Positions 16,901 to 24,064 of a stretch of DNA of 26,051 nt are shown in pieces; the stretch's first letter is position 1; each line of letters opens with the position of its first letter. The notes under the pieces were generated by a model. That model was not told the DNA's origin. It was given only the letters and a program-made list of their open reading frames with translations, and did not search any database. A program made the position numbers and the translations under genes. This stretch comes from a virus (lineage: Duplodnaviria; Caudoviricetes): positions 1-26,051 of IMG/VR virus record IMGVR_UViG_3300020042_003994, one strand, 5' to 3'.

Positions 16901-17656
16901 CGACTGTAGCGCACCCTCTTTTAAGATACGCGTACCGGCGTTTTTACCCGATATGTTTGCGCCTTTAAGCAATCGTTTTGTGGTGAATTGCTCTAATTTA
17001 GCTTCGGCTACTGCCGCTGCGGTTGCAAGGGTTACGTCTTTAACAGTCAGGTCTTCGTATGCTTTGCTGTCGTTTTTAATACGCTCATTAAGGATTTCAT
17101 TTGTTCGCGTTGCCATGTACGCCGGAGACGCCAAGACCGCCGCAGCCATGTCGGGAGATGACGAAATCACACGCTCTGCAATAAACGGTATTACCTTTAA
17201 CGGATTGTCACCAAGATCACTTAGCTTGGTTGATGGTTGGTAGCCGAGGCTTGCATCCCAATCGCGCAGTTGATCCGCAACCTTAAACATAGGTTCAAGT
17301 TGGCGTTTATTCTTAATATCTTCTGGGGATATGCCTGATAGCGGCAGTTTGGTTTCAAGAAAATCACCTATAGGCTCCGCCACCCGCGCAACACCTTCGA
17401 TCAGTGACCCCAAGCCCGCAGCCGCACGCCCCGCCATACCCACCAACGGATTGCTAGTAGGGGTTGCAGCACGCGCAATAGCCGCACGCTTGTCGGCATA
17501 GTCGTACCCACCGGCTTCTGTAGGAGACACCCACGCATCATTCACAAGGTAAGCATTGGCTCCCGCCGCGTTCTTAGCAGTTTGCGATGGGGCTACCCAC
17601 TGGTTATCGACCAAGAAGACAACTTCGCCCGTGGTAGGATTAACTGCACGTTCCAT
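10964..17656 (-). CDS. Large polyvalent / internal virion protein (~2230 aa): zincin metallopeptidase, ART-PolyVal-like and C-terminal LPD38-like domains
   Basis: AAAGGA RBS 7 nt before ATG 17656; IAHELGH...PEWFAD (HExxH+E); FKKWF..SKIV..DG.P..MYHGT...GFYFT...PVYL..KNP...GYDG; NF.R.G, PFFNAY.QG, YEDL...RDRNW.LP...KIPVP.ELG (LPD38-like). Confidence 0.88.
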   Translation of the reverse strand: MERAVNPTTGEVVFLVDNQWVAPSQTAKNAAGANAYLVNDAWVSPTEAGGYDYADKRAAIARAATPTSNPLVGMAGRAAAGLGSLIEGVARVAEPIGDFLETKLPLSGISPEDIKNKRQLEPMFKVADQLRDWDASLGYQPSTKLSDLGDNPLKVIPFIAERVISSSPDMAAAVLASPAYMATRTNEILNERIKNDSKAYEDLTVKDVTLATAAAVAEAKLEQFTTKRLLKGANISGKNAGTRILKEGALQSATGGAEEGIGYLGGTFDTKRGIDKTELLESIVEGAIVEGGLGAGVKGVREYRARGKDAEAAAKGQELSPEDKAEREKEQQTLGYMRAQRDEQEAAKAAQAPFIGQKETPEGQFGLNLEGGRRVAPTETVQGGELPERRAGFDAYGRPKAEEPTPAAPMPMGSTATPMTQALDATQSTQQHRAERDGLLQQLNDLPDTPESRAVSSQMAARIRELNKLIKTAEAVPAGTQGALPVVPSAEPTQATPAAPAAPAPTTSALVKAAGIPASAPVAQQLKKLDLTQQADRTAAAQFIATALENKNVRPETKVAIQAFYDQHIAQPAPEGQGGLDLGEPQPLVQDAPPTPPAAPITPPAPPTPPAAPITPPTAVTPDNAPPVIDATVWRALGIGPTAAIRRNVDVNGKDITDPTDGAFVRQALEAYRAASRSDRIKANIDRYLARFPLAATPAAAPAPASKATKQPKAAKATKAAAPVAPTPPPPPPKSPVEQRVESGQIESWAQTTNPYIGNGDVVYADATKGLVRVQLNNGVIQYRPMTATMIVKEDISQLSFVNQGTLGLTPQDVRELVEARNLIEARENALLTQFPDGPFTNATNNVVATENVDPRYTQYLTALMQKLGMGDVNLFLVAGKDLVGNNDKYHLHGAYGTLSTAGNSASRNGMLIPFGPRQDTLAIYLDPTLSEAKAIETIAHELGHGIEYTSFVHARFATKDAIVKEYTAWRDAARKMSVEQFMNSLRNRETAALNLANVSPATLASPAQNITDGEGNPNFESYWASFPEWFADNVSRWATTDAKATSLVAKFFQAVAKQMRALVAAVTGKQFNPATSVADFLNSMSPANPVMWQGAVADRAAGNSRVRYEESLAETKPTAPDTPEFKKWFKGSKIVNEDGTPKAMYHGTTGNISEFKISEKKNRTSMPDGFYFTSDPKEASDYATNDENANVVPVYLNVKNPFNLTGKNKITNEMVMQFRDELRKDNPNLGFDWIQSKVKLFKEKAARGGMPFPNISFPTDAMQRVFQVGGYDGLIDGGRHIVAFEPNQIKSAYNQTPTDVNDISGEESLVDQQQMDESTIMQTSQSINTPVGQITPATWNSINQAKSQPQRTAMTQFAAVQAQNDISWTDWFRQKTVDVFAPIATKLGARFDQGVRDSFGDVNPVQFIRQAFDHARVALDVFRQGGLRMNKDGFWESYQLKDANGKEMSAQQVVKDIDALSKKNNEAYNVTKGKVATVLEGMRLFDLRKENADREKLAQAYEARGEFDKADKEREKKILLHMSFAEIDALEQVFQASPEIQEIQRIMNTSRESAVDAMVTSGRISQDRGDLWKAVTNYVPFDREKNVYEDPSLTQRPTRKGISALGELPALRGSLKRPVVNTVDSYMNTMAWMVDQSMRNSAAVRVLNLMATPGVDMATKLPSMNQASNSGMVVPKLYEKGEPVYFELYSPYDFAAFVQAPEIKSSALKLLGASSRLLRTTVTATPQFAMLQVINDAQRAMFLSGVKNPVAALGKTLYNFPRAWFGAWFGKQSSTERRLTSLGVIGDYDFNPINPIETLEYQTGAEKRGFVRALINKLEQVTKASDMAARMAVYDQTLKETGDQAVAIVRARELINFNRRGSSTAMNVMSQTVPFFNAYAQGLDLMYRGVSGKDSSTGLNKSAARRFFISRMLVMMGLGFLYAAAMSEDDQYEDLTDEVRDRNWILPKSINEGLGLNFAIKIPVPTELGFIFKSIPERVMSYRKSASKDEDQGVGRAATDALLAGLKNYSTVPIPPVVKSAIENTANYSFFTQRELVPKSMQERPSALQYTSNTSELGKAIGKAADVSPIKVDNWIRGTFGLMGASGLLMTDAMMNPARPDRSLAQIPFMSIALVNPAGSRVKDEFYDFRQKITEAVAAKNMLEKENPVKYAEFVQKNYHLLAAAPYVNQKLKVLSELRATKAMFTHMPASAMTSAEKRKNIDEINKIEKVMLSDMRTMRSAIQKAGPK
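13728..14330. repeat. Exact 12-bp direct repeat AGTGACTCTTCA (13728-13739 and 14319-14330) flanking the ART domain
   Basis: Read directly; the copies are 591 bp (197 codons) apart and both fall in EESL codons on the - strand. Confidence 0.85.
15803..15884 (-). repeat. 39-bp (13-aa) tandem duplication (PPTPPAAPITPP core) in a Pro/Ala linker
   Basis: ATAGGCGCAGC recurs at a 39-bp spacing; peptide APPTPPAAPITPPAPPTPPAAPITPP. Confidence 0.75.
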
Positions 17657-17667
17657 AGCCAATTCCT

Positions 17668-19023
17668 TTATGGAGTTACGTTAAATCCCGGCGGTGGGGG
17701 TGGTCTTTGACCTGAAGATTGTGATTGCACGGGCGGTGGGGCTATGGGTGGCGCGTTTCCTACCGATGCAACGCCCGGCTGCAACTCTCTATGCAGTTTA
17801 TACAATTGTTGAGTTAGTGTCTGTAGCGAAAGTTGTTTCTGATCGCGTGCGGTTATCATTTTTGGGTCGTTGCCCAAAGCCATCTGATTTGCTTGTTCCA
17901 GTGCTTTTGAAGCAGCAACATACGCAGGGTCTCTCATAACGGACTCAAGCGTTGTTTTGTGTAACAAGTTAACCCGCGCATCTGCCCTACCACGCTCCGC
18001 ATCTTGCGCAATCTGCAACCGACCTTCCAACGCATCTTTAGCCGCCTGCGCACGGTTTGCCCCTGCTTCACTCGTTGCTGCCATTCTAGCTGCGGCATCC
18101 ACACCTGAAGTTAACCCCGTCATGCCATGTCCGTATGCAGTCTCACCCGCCTTCATTCCTGCCATGCGTGCTGCGGGTCCAATATCAATTAACCTACGCT
18201 CATCACTTTGGCGCTCTCTCATAAAGCGGTCTTCATCATTTACGGCTGTTGCACCGCCGCCTTGAATAGCACCATAGTTAGTGCTGTAACCACCCATGCC
18301 TAGTAGCATACGATTTAATTTGTTTTGATCGTATGCCGCTCTTTTCTCATCTGCCTGACGCGCATAAGCCGCACGCTCTTCGGCGTTGTAGTTGGCATCC
18401 CTAGCAGCTTCTTCGCGGCGACGCTGAAAGAGTTCTTCAGGTCGGATGGCTAATAGCGAATCTAGCCCTGCTTGCATACCGCCTCTTGGTGCTGCTTCGC
18501 GTGTTTGTTGTGGTGCGGGTTGTTGACGCCGTTGTTCCATCACTCGACGCGCTTCTTCCTCGCCTGTAGTGCCGCCTTCATCAAACGCAACAATGCCACC
18601 ACCTGCCATGCCCTGAATATTTGGCGCAGGCAAGCCTGCCAACCCTGCCGATGGGGGCTGTTGTGGTTGAGGTGAGGATTGACCGGGCATAGGAGGCGCA
18701 CCGGCGGCTTGCAAGACTTTACGCTGCGCGTCCTGCATCTGCTTCATCTTGTTCTGCATGACACCGGCTTGCTCGTCAATGACTTCTTTCTTAGTCATAT
18801 CTAAGACTTGCGACTCGCGCTGAGCGGCAACGGTTGGGGGTTTACCCTGATTGCCCATTTGTAGCGCTATCTGACGCGAGGCTTCTTCTTTGTCAGACTT
18901 GAGCTTCTGCAATGCCAACAAGTCAATAAGCTGTTGGTTCTGCGCGTATTTCTGCTGAAGCATCTGAGGCTTGCCACGGTACGCATCTGCCGTTTGCTGA
19001 ACTTGTTGGTCAATACCGAACAT
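17668..19023 (-). CDS. Putative internal virion (ejection) protein
   Basis: Gln/Ala-rich helical protein with MAGGGIVAFDEGG motif; AAGGA RBS; lies just upstream of the large polyvalent gene. Confidence 0.65.
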   Translation of the reverse strand: MFGIDQQVQQTADAYRGKPQMLQQKYAQNQQLIDLLALQKLKSDKEEASRQIALQMGNQGKPPTVAAQRESQVLDMTKKEVIDEQAGVMQNKMKQMQDAQRKVLQAAGAPPMPGQSSPQPQQPPSAGLAGLPAPNIQGMAGGGIVAFDEGGTTGEEEARRVMEQRRQQPAPQQTREAAPRGGMQAGLDSLLAIRPEELFQRRREEAARDANYNAEERAAYARQADEKRAAYDQNKLNRMLLGMGGYSTNYGAIQGGGATAVNDEDRFMRERQSDERRLIDIGPAARMAGMKAGETAYGHGMTGLTSGVDAAARMAATSEAGANRAQAAKDALEGRLQIAQDAERGRADARVNLLHKTTLESVMRDPAYVAASKALEQANQMALGNDPKMITARDQKQLSLQTLTQQLYKLHRELQPGVASVGNAPPIAPPPVQSQSSGQRPPPPPGFNVTP

Positions 19024-19032
19024 GATGTTTCC

Positions 19033-19872
19033 TTATTTTCCGCCGAACAATTGGTTGTACATAGCGCCTAGTCCACCGGCTGTTCCTGCTATATTAGAAA
19101 TCGTACTAGGTTGTTGATATGTGTACGATTGCGTAGCTAGCGGCAAGCCTTGCAATAATGACTGCTGATACTGAACTTGCTTGTAGGGGAAGTCACGTTC
19201 TTGGTTAAACTGTGCCATGTCTGCTGCAATCCCTTCGCTTTCGATGCCACGCTGCACACCACCAAGTTCCGCTGTTTTACCCAATGCCGATAGCCCGTAC
19301 TGGTTGGTTAAGTTTTGAGCATTTAAACCCAAGCCCTGCTCAGTATTAAACTGAGTTGCTGCCTTGTCGTATGCGGTGTTGTAACCCTGCCCAGTAGTCG
19401 CAGCAAGTTGGGTCGCAAGATTGCGGTTGTTTTCTGAGTCCATGATGGCTTGACGACCCCCGCCGTATGCACCTGCCTGCGTGAGCCTGCCCGTGTAACC
19501 CAATCGGTTGATGTCCGACTGCCTACGAATTTCTGCAAGTTGTGGGTCAAGGGACTGCTGCAAGTACGGGTTCATGTACTGCTGCGCGATGCCCGGACTC
19601 GTAAACGATTGAGGCGTATATCCACCCATCGTGCTTGGCAGAGTTAGTCCGGCAACACCTTGGAACGCTTGGTTCTGTAGGTTAGACGAACCCGCAGTGA
19701 GCGGTCCCATGTACGCTTGATAGGGCGTTTCGCTTAGTGCCTGACCCTTGCCAAGCATGTCCGTGACGTAAGGACCCGCAAAATTAGATAGCGAAGATTC
19801 TGTAGAGGTTTGCACCCCCGCCAGAGGATCAGGGATTTTAATTGGTGCAGTTGTGGGAGTAGCTTCAGCCAT
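19033..19872 (-). CDS. Putative DNA-transfer / pilot (ejection) protein
   Basis: PYQAY.GP..AG, YMNPY.Q..LD, AGAYGGGRQAI, GY..A..QF and a Gly-rich amphipathic C-terminus; GAGGTG RBS (alternative ATG at 19875). Confidence 0.7.
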   Translation of the reverse strand: MAEATPTTAPIKIPDPLAGVQTSTESSLSNFAGPYVTDMLGKGQALSETPYQAYMGPLTAGSSNLQNQAFQGVAGLTLPSTMGGYTPQSFTSPGIAQQYMNPYLQQSLDPQLAEIRRQSDINRLGYTGRLTQAGAYGGGRQAIMDSENNRNLATQLAATTGQGYNTAYDKAATQFNTEQGLGLNAQNLTNQYGLSALGKTAELGGVQRGIESEGIAADMAQFNQERDFPYKQVQYQQSLLQGLPLATQSYTYQQPSTISNIAGTAGGLGAMYNQLFGGK

Positions 19873-19880
19873 CATTCACC

Positions 19881-20642
19881 TCACGCGGGTAGCGTTTTCT
19901 TTAAGTTAGCAGGTTTAATCTGCTTGGTTGTACCGTGTGCATGCTTACGGATTCTGTCCATCATGTCGTATAAAACTTTAGCGCCTGCGCTTGAATTGCC
20001 ACTGCCTAATGCGCTAACCACGTCCGATGGAATTATGAACTCCCCGTGACTTAATTTTGCCTGCTGCTTATCGTCAATCTTTGCAGGTATTTTATCAGCC
20101 ATTCCGTCTGTTTTACCGCCTAAATAATAACCAAGATCAGCAAGCCCGCCTTGGGCATAACCAATCATCCCGCCATGTGCAGCCGCAGTGAATGCATCGT
20201 TAGGATTAGAAGACGCGGGAGGCGCTTGAGTGACAGGCGCTTCTACAACCGGTGCAGCAGGGGCTACAGCAGCAATACCTGCTTTAGGCGCATACACCAT
20301 GTCAGTAAAGTAACGTCTACCACCACTTCCGGGGCGGCGAGGTGCGTTGTAATCAATCGGTAGTTGCTGGCGTGTAGCCGTAAGCGATGGAATTTTTCCC
20401 TGATAGCCAGTTTTTTGTTGACCACCACCGAGCAAGCCTGACGCACCTAGTCCTGCACCAATTAAATTGGCTGCGGTGCTGCCATATTTTTTAACAAGAT
20501 CACCGAAGTTGATGCCTGAACCAGCGTTCGCCATAATGTTGTTGGCGTAAGTGTCCCATTGCGTTGAGGTCATTGCGTTGACTTTATCAACAGCCGCTAA
20601 GTCTTCAAAACTACCAAGATCATCTGCACTGTAATCAGCCAT
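19881..20642 (-). CDS. Virion protein with a C-terminal AxGG...DG.AD.IPA...LSxGEF domain
   Basis: YAQGG...GGKTDGMADKIPAKID...AKLSHGEFIIPSDVVSALGSGNSSAGAKVLY; AAGGAG RBS (alternative ATG at 20645). Confidence 0.7.
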   Translation of the reverse strand: MADYSADDLGSFEDLAAVDKVNAMTSTQWDTYANNIMANAGSGINFGDLVKKYGSTAANLIGAGLGASGLLGGGQQKTGYQGKIPSLTATRQQLPIDYNAPRRPGSGGRRYFTDMVYAPKAGIAAVAPAAPVVEAPVTQAPPASSNPNDAFTAAAHGGMIGYAQGGLADLGYYLGGKTDGMADKIPAKIDDKQQAKLSHGEFIIPSDVVSALGSGNSSAGAKVLYDMMDRIRKHAHGTTKQIKPANLKKTLPA

Positions 20643-23600
20643 CATTTACTCCTTAACAAATCAATTATTCCGCCAGAGGCGCGTTTTATTTTAGGGTCGT
20701 AATAGTCTTCACGTGGCTGGTATTTGCTCTGCCCTTTCATGGGTGCAAAGATACTCTCGCCACCAATATCGTATAGGTAGTCAATCTCCGCACCGGGCGG
20801 GGTTTTAGCTGATACGGTTTGCACCGACTGTAATGCCATATTAAGTGATTGGTTAAACCTAAGGTTGGCGGCTTTTTTAGCAGCAGCTTTTTTAGCAGCC
20901 GCCGTGCCACCCGGACCGCTACCCGGACCGCTACCCCCACCAATTCCGCCACCCGTACCGCCGCCACTCCCACCACCTGTACCCGTGCCTTCGCCGGGTC
21001 CTTCCCCAGTTCCGGTTCCTGTCCCAGTGCCACCACCCACGCCGCCACCTGTGCCGCCTGTGCCACCACTCCCCGGTTCTGTGCCAGTTCCACCAGAGCC
21101 AACCCCGCCAGTACCCGCACCAGCGAGAATTTGCCTGCCTCTAGGTGTTAGGTATCCGTTGTAGTCAACATAATTTTTGTTGGCTAATTCGCGCTTTACA
21201 CCATCTGGCGCGGCAATATAGTCAATAGGTTCAAACTCACCCACAATGTTATCTGCAAACCATTGGTCTAAAGCCGAACTAGGCGCAGCAGTTGAGGCAG
21301 CAGAGGGACTAGGCGCACCTGTTGTACCGCCGCCACCGCCACCACCCGCCACTTGTTCTGTTGGTTTTGTTTTGTCCGGCTCTGTTACCACCGGAGTAAC
21401 GGGAGGAGTAACCGCAGGAGTAACGGGCGCTTTTATATCGGGATAAACAATGGTTTGCTTATCCATTTGGATTTGGTCGTAGATTTCTTTTAACAAATCC
21501 TGTGGAGATGTTGTATTGCTATTTGAATACTGGTCTATAAAGTTAATGCGCTCTTGCGCCGTAGGTTGCCGCCCTGCAAGCTTGGGGTACACCGCGTCTA
21601 CAAGTGCGCCGGGGTCTTGCGTAAACTGATCTAGCGTTTTGTATGTAACATTTAATCCTGCGTCTTCTAACGCTTTTTGCACCGGATCATACGCACTTGC
21701 AGGGAGTTGCGGTTTAAACGGCGAATCAAAAGGCGCGTTAGGATTGGTAATTGGTTCTTGTTCAACCGTTACGCTTCCAACATCAGGCGTGGTTGTTCTA
21801 GACAACGCCGCTTGAAACCCCGGATCGTCAATGGTGGCATTGGGGTTAACTTCACTTTGGTAAGCCGCTAAAACGTCCTCTACAGGAATCCTAGTTGGCA
21901 CGCCTAATAAGTTTGCAATAACGTAGTCGCCTGCGCCTGCACCAAACTCCTCTTCGGTGTCACGACTAAATATGTTATTTGACGCAGGGAGTCCACCCGC
22001 GCCATCATCGGATTCACTACTACCCGCGCTCCGGCTATCAATATAGTCTTTGTAAGTTTGGCTATCGGTGTAGTCGCCCATTACGACATTGGCTTTAACA
22101 TCGTTGAAGTAGCCATCAACCTTATTGGCAGCTTGCTTGAGCGTTAATCCTTTAAACCCTGTTGCCTCTGCCACGTAATCCATCGCAGCATCTGCCGCAC
22201 TACCAACAATCCCATTGAGCGCCGCATCAGAAATATCCCCGCCTGTTGCAGCGGCGGTCACCGCCCTAGCGGTCGCGCTTGTTAAAGCGTTTTTAAACAG
22301 TGTGGGCAATCCGTCAAACGTACCTTCAGGGATAATCTTGTCCAATGCTACGGGCAGCGCCGCACCCACCGCACTAGCAATTAAGGAGTTTGCTACATTG
22401 CCACCGGTCAACCCAGTAATACCTGCCTGCACGCCTGCTTTAGCCAGCGTTGTGCCAAGCGACCCTAACCCTAGATCACCAATAGCAGACCCTGCGCCAC
22501 CGCTCACCGCACCAATAACGCCCGCCTTAAGAATATCTCCGGGCTTGCCGCCTTGAATTGCAGTCATCCCTGCGTTCATTACAGCGTTTTTAATTGCTGC
22601 ATCAGCTAAGGCGCTACCCGTAGAAAATGCACCTGCCCCACCTGCGCCCATTGTTGCCGCAGCACCTGCCTCAGAAAGCGTACCGCCCATTAAAGTAGCT
22701 GCCTCTGCTGCTGTAAGACCCGCACCTCCTGCTGCGGCAGCGGGGGCTAAATACGCAAAAAGTTGAGGTGCAAGCACAGTGCCAGCAACCATAGCCGCGC
22801 CTTTTGCTAAACTACGCCATTCAGCGCCCACATCGCGCTTTGACTCTTGGGCTAGGTAAACCTTTGCGTCAGGAATGGCACGTAGCTCATCGACTGTGTG
22901 CCAAGTGTAGTCATCGGTCTGCATGCTATCGCCTAGCGTGCCAAACCATGCTGCGAGCTTGCCCGTTTTAGGATCAACGTAATGCGTAGGCAACCCTTCA
23001 AGATACCCCTCGCGAGACAATCCTTTTGCGTCAAACCCACGCACGCCTTGTTCAAACTTAGTATTTACATCGGCGTTTGGATCAAGGAACGGCATCACTC
23101 GATTTAGGCGTTCGGGCGACTGCATGAACCCTTGGTACACATCCCCTAAGTTAACCTCACCGCTTTTTAGTTGATTGTTATATGCAATGACTTCACTTAC
23201 GTCTGGCGCACGACCAAGTAAATTTTCGTACAGATCAGTAATTTCTTTGTCGTAGCCCGTGATGCTTTTGTTAAGCGTTTTTAAGTCAACGTACTCGCCC
23301 GTATCTGCGCGGTTGTACCCAGAGATATTCCCGCTGTCGTCGCGGATTGGGGCAACGTTGTACACCAACTGATTGCCCTGCATGAGCATATTGCCAACAA
23401 TCGAATACGGATCAGCGTTCTCTGCACCATACCCCGGCATATCAAAGAAACCACTAGGCGGCGCTTGGTTCTGGTACTCCGCAGAACCAAAAATGCTTTG
23501 CCGAATCTGTTCCGGTGTAGCACCGGCGTTGGCTGCAATCCCTGTCGGATCAGGTGCGCGACCTAGTAAGTCCTGATAGATAGTGTTGACGTTCTGGTTG

Positions 23601-23812
23601 TTGTACTCAGGAGAAGACAGAATGCTTTCACGAATTGTGTCGGCAGAAGCCCCTGCGTTTGCAGCGATACCAGTAGGATCAGGTGCGCGACCTAACAACT
23701 CCTGATATAAACTATTTATATCAGCGGCAGGAGCAGGTGCGTGATACGCCTCATACGCCGCATCATCGGCTGCTTGTTGGTCGAAGTAGTACCCGTCATT
23801 ACCCTCGCTCAT
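20642..23812 (-). CDS. Large virion-associated protein (1056 aa) with DUF4214-like repeats, an Ala/Gly-rich hydrophobic region and a Gly-Thr linker
   Basis: Three I..LY..LLGRAPD...SPE repeats; long GA-rich helices; GTGTG tract; ATGA coupling with the upstream gene. Confidence 0.7.
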   Translation of the reverse strand: MSEGNDGYYFDQQAADDAAYEAYHAPAPAADINSLYQELLGRAPDPTGIAANAGASADTIRESILSSPEYNNQNVNTIYQDLLGRAPDPTGIAANAGATPEQIRQSIFGSAEYQNQAPPSGFFDMPGYGAENADPYSIVGNMLMQGNQLVYNVAPIRDDSGNISGYNRADTGEYVDLKTLNKSITGYDKEITDLYENLLGRAPDVSEVIAYNNQLKSGEVNLGDVYQGFMQSPERLNRVMPFLDPNADVNTKFEQGVRGFDAKGLSREGYLEGLPTHYVDPKTGKLAAWFGTLGDSMQTDDYTWHTVDELRAIPDAKVYLAQESKRDVGAEWRSLAKGAAMVAGTVLAPQLFAYLAPAAAAGGAGLTAAEAATLMGGTLSEAGAAATMGAGGAGAFSTGSALADAAIKNAVMNAGMTAIQGGKPGDILKAGVIGAVSGGAGSAIGDLGLGSLGTTLAKAGVQAGITGLTGGNVANSLIASAVGAALPVALDKIIPEGTFDGLPTLFKNALTSATARAVTAAATGGDISDAALNGIVGSAADAAMDYVAEATGFKGLTLKQAANKVDGYFNDVKANVVMGDYTDSQTYKDYIDSRSAGSSESDDGAGGLPASNNIFSRDTEEEFGAGAGDYVIANLLGVPTRIPVEDVLAAYQSEVNPNATIDDPGFQAALSRTTTPDVGSVTVEQEPITNPNAPFDSPFKPQLPASAYDPVQKALEDAGLNVTYKTLDQFTQDPGALVDAVYPKLAGRQPTAQERINFIDQYSNSNTTSPQDLLKEIYDQIQMDKQTIVYPDIKAPVTPAVTPPVTPVVTEPDKTKPTEQVAGGGGGGGTTGAPSPSAASTAAPSSALDQWFADNIVGEFEPIDYIAAPDGVKRELANKNYVDYNGYLTPRGRQILAGAGTGGVGSGGTGTEPGSGGTGGTGGGVGGGTGTGTGTGEGPGEGTGTGGGSGGGTGGGIGGGSGPGSGPGGTAAAKKAAAKKAANLRFNQSLNMALQSVQTVSAKTPPGAEIDYLYDIGGESIFAPMKGQSKYQPREDYYDPKIKRASGGIIDLLRSK
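23547..23694 (-). repeat. 129-bp (43-aa) tandem duplication with a 19-bp exact core GGATCAGGTGCGCGACCTA
   Basis: Cores at 23547-23565 and 23676-23694; peptide LLGRAPDPTGIAANAGA is identical in both copies. Confidence 0.85.
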
Positions 23813-24063
23813 ACTTTTACCTTCAAGACGTTACCCGCTGCGGTGTCTCTGTACACATCACCCACACGCAAATTAGCAAGGTCTGCTTGAGTCGGCAACG
23901 TATTTAAATCAATGTTTAACTGGGCAATACTAATAGGTTGAATTGCATTTAGTTGTTGAAAGAACAAGTTCAAGACGTTCACAAGCCTGTCAAAGTACGG
24001 TTTATTGTATTCTTCTGGCGGAAGCGGCGGATTCGGTGGCGCACGGTTAGCAAGTAGTCCCAT
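23809..24063 (-). CDS. Small tail-associated hypothetical protein
   Basis: PP.PP.EY...YFDRLVNVLNLFF...LRVGDVYRD..LKVK; tightly coupled between the tail gene and the 1056-aa gene. Confidence 0.7.
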   Translation of the reverse strand: MGLLANRAPPNPPLPPEEYNKPYFDRLVNVLNLFFQQLNAIQPISIAQLNIDLNTLPTQADLANLRVGDVYRDTAAGNVLKVKV

Positions 24064-24064
24064 G

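Noticed and set aside
20865-21164. Pro-rich antisense ORF or collagen-like repeat
   Set aside because: It is the mirror of the Gly-rich tract, and there is no sustained Gly-X-Y periodicity
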